From Octopus sinensis (Eukaryota), in NCBI RefSeq assembly GCF_006345805.1, contig NC_043016.1, positions 28,396,001 through 28,460,000 on the forward strand: DNA of 64,000 nt, read 5' to 3'. The position numbers were made by a program, and so were the translations under genes. Positions 62,722 to 64,000 of this stretch are shown piece after piece. The first letter of the stretch is position 1. Every line of letters begins with the position of its first letter. The notes below the pieces were generated by a model that searched no databases, had not been told where the DNA came from, and was given only the letters and a program-made list of their open reading frames with translations.

Positions 62722-63276
62722 TACATTATTTATATTATTTACATTGGACAGATATGTGTCCTCATCTTGTTTGTTGTTACCACAATGTTTTGGCTGATTT
62801 ACTCTCCAGCCTTCACCAGGTATCCTGGTGGAATTTTGAACCCAACCTTGGGTTCTCATTCCTGAGGTATTTTTTGATGTCATTATTATTATTTATTCAA
62901 GGCACTGCCTGGAATTGAACTCAGAATCTTGGGGTTAGTAGCTTACACTCTTAACCACTATGTTGTTTGCCATGGACACATAGTGTAGTGGTTAAGAGCA
63001 CAGGTTACTAACCCCATGGGCATATAGTGTAGTGGTTAAGAGTGTAAGCTACTAACCCCAAGATTCTGAGTTCAATTCCAGGCAGTGTCTTGAATAAATA
63101 ATAACATCAAAAAATACCTTAGGAATGAGAACTCAGCGTTGTGTTCAAAATTTCACTAGGATACCTGATGAAGGCTGGAGAAAATATCAGCCAAAATGTT
63201 AGCTGAAGTCCCTGCAGCTAACAACAAACAAAATGAGGACACATATCCATCCAATGTAAATAATAATATAAATGTA
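62722..63276. mobile_element. Palindromic tRNA-headed element with hammerhead-like 3' region (head-to-head copies)
   Basis: Arms mirror around ccatgg (62970-62975); head tagtgtagtggttaag...gagttcaattcc; then ac-CTGATGA(63165-63171)-aggctg...cagcc-aaaatgtt. Confidence 0.75.
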
Positions 63277-64000
63277 TCTTACATCAGTCCTGTATAAATA
63301 CCAGCTTGGTGTCAGATGTGAATGAAACCACCAAAAGCTGCAGTATGAAAAGGGTTTTAAAAAAAAAACTTTACTGCATTGTCCAGTGCTTAAGTTAACA
63401 AGGGACGCATTTGAACCTTACGTGGAGGGATTCATTTGAAAAATATATTGCTGGTACCATCACCATTAAGTTGCAACTTGTTCTGGGAGACATGAAGTGA
63501 AAAGAAAGGGTTTTGTGAAACATATCCAGGAGAGAACAACCATTAGTAATTGGGAGTTGGGCTGTCATAATCCTTACAGGTAAAGAGCAGGAACTAGTGG
63601 AGGAGGCCAACTGCTACTGGTTAGATAAAATCAGTGTCTTTTCTTCAAGTTTCTCTGGCTCTTGTAATTTGGATCTGGATGGAAGGTAGAAATTCACTGT
63701 GTGGTGCCACCTATGTTGGCGCAATGGGAATGGGGGATACAGACAAGCCCCTGTTTGACTGTGGGAGGGTTTGCCTACTGAAGCTTAGACTGAAGAATGG
63801 ACTACTGTGGCTGTTGCAAGGCTCTATATTTAGAGCCTTGCAACTATAGAGCCTTCCTTGGTGAAGTCCCTACAGCTTTAGATGTAGGTAACACTGAGTC
63901 ATTTGTCCTATAAGAAAACTTCAATGCACACCAATCAATAGACATGGAAAGGAGTTATTGAGAAGAATGGTGACCCTGGACATAATGTGAACAGAAAATC

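Noticed and set aside
63018-63090. tRNA gene (also SINE heads at 9095, 14374, 22681, 30330)
   Set aside because: A/B boxes are present but no complete cloverleaf; each continues into a repeat body.

Overview
AT-rich, repeat-dominated animal genomic DNA. The tRNA-headed SINE families, RTE LINEs and dense (TA)n/(CA)n tracts suggest an octopus/coleoid cephalopod genome (inference from recognition, not a search). Most of the ORF track is microsatellite noise or decayed transposon sequence. Host-gene evidence is limited to two exons: a clear first coding exon of a RAD6/UBE2A-type E2 enzyme (45880-45923, +, MATPARRRLMRDFMR, ending at the conserved 44-nt intron position), and a weaker candidate first exon on the minus strand (4652-4732) encoding a mitochondrial-presequence-like peptide. 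Between and around them lie a near-intact RTE LINE with an internal Cys/His finger, a full-length dead mariner, Gypsy, HERO, R4/Dong and CR1-group relics, hAT MITEs with TSDs, Helitron/Helentron non-autonomous elements and three SINE families. The least explained signal is a recurring set of short non-coding, often palindromic elements, mostly lodged in or beside (TA)n tracts. They carry minimal type-I hammerhead ribozyme motifs with self-complementary stem III (Penelope-like hallmarks). One of them (62.7-63.3 kb) has a tRNA-derived Pol III head fused to a hammerhead-bearing tail.
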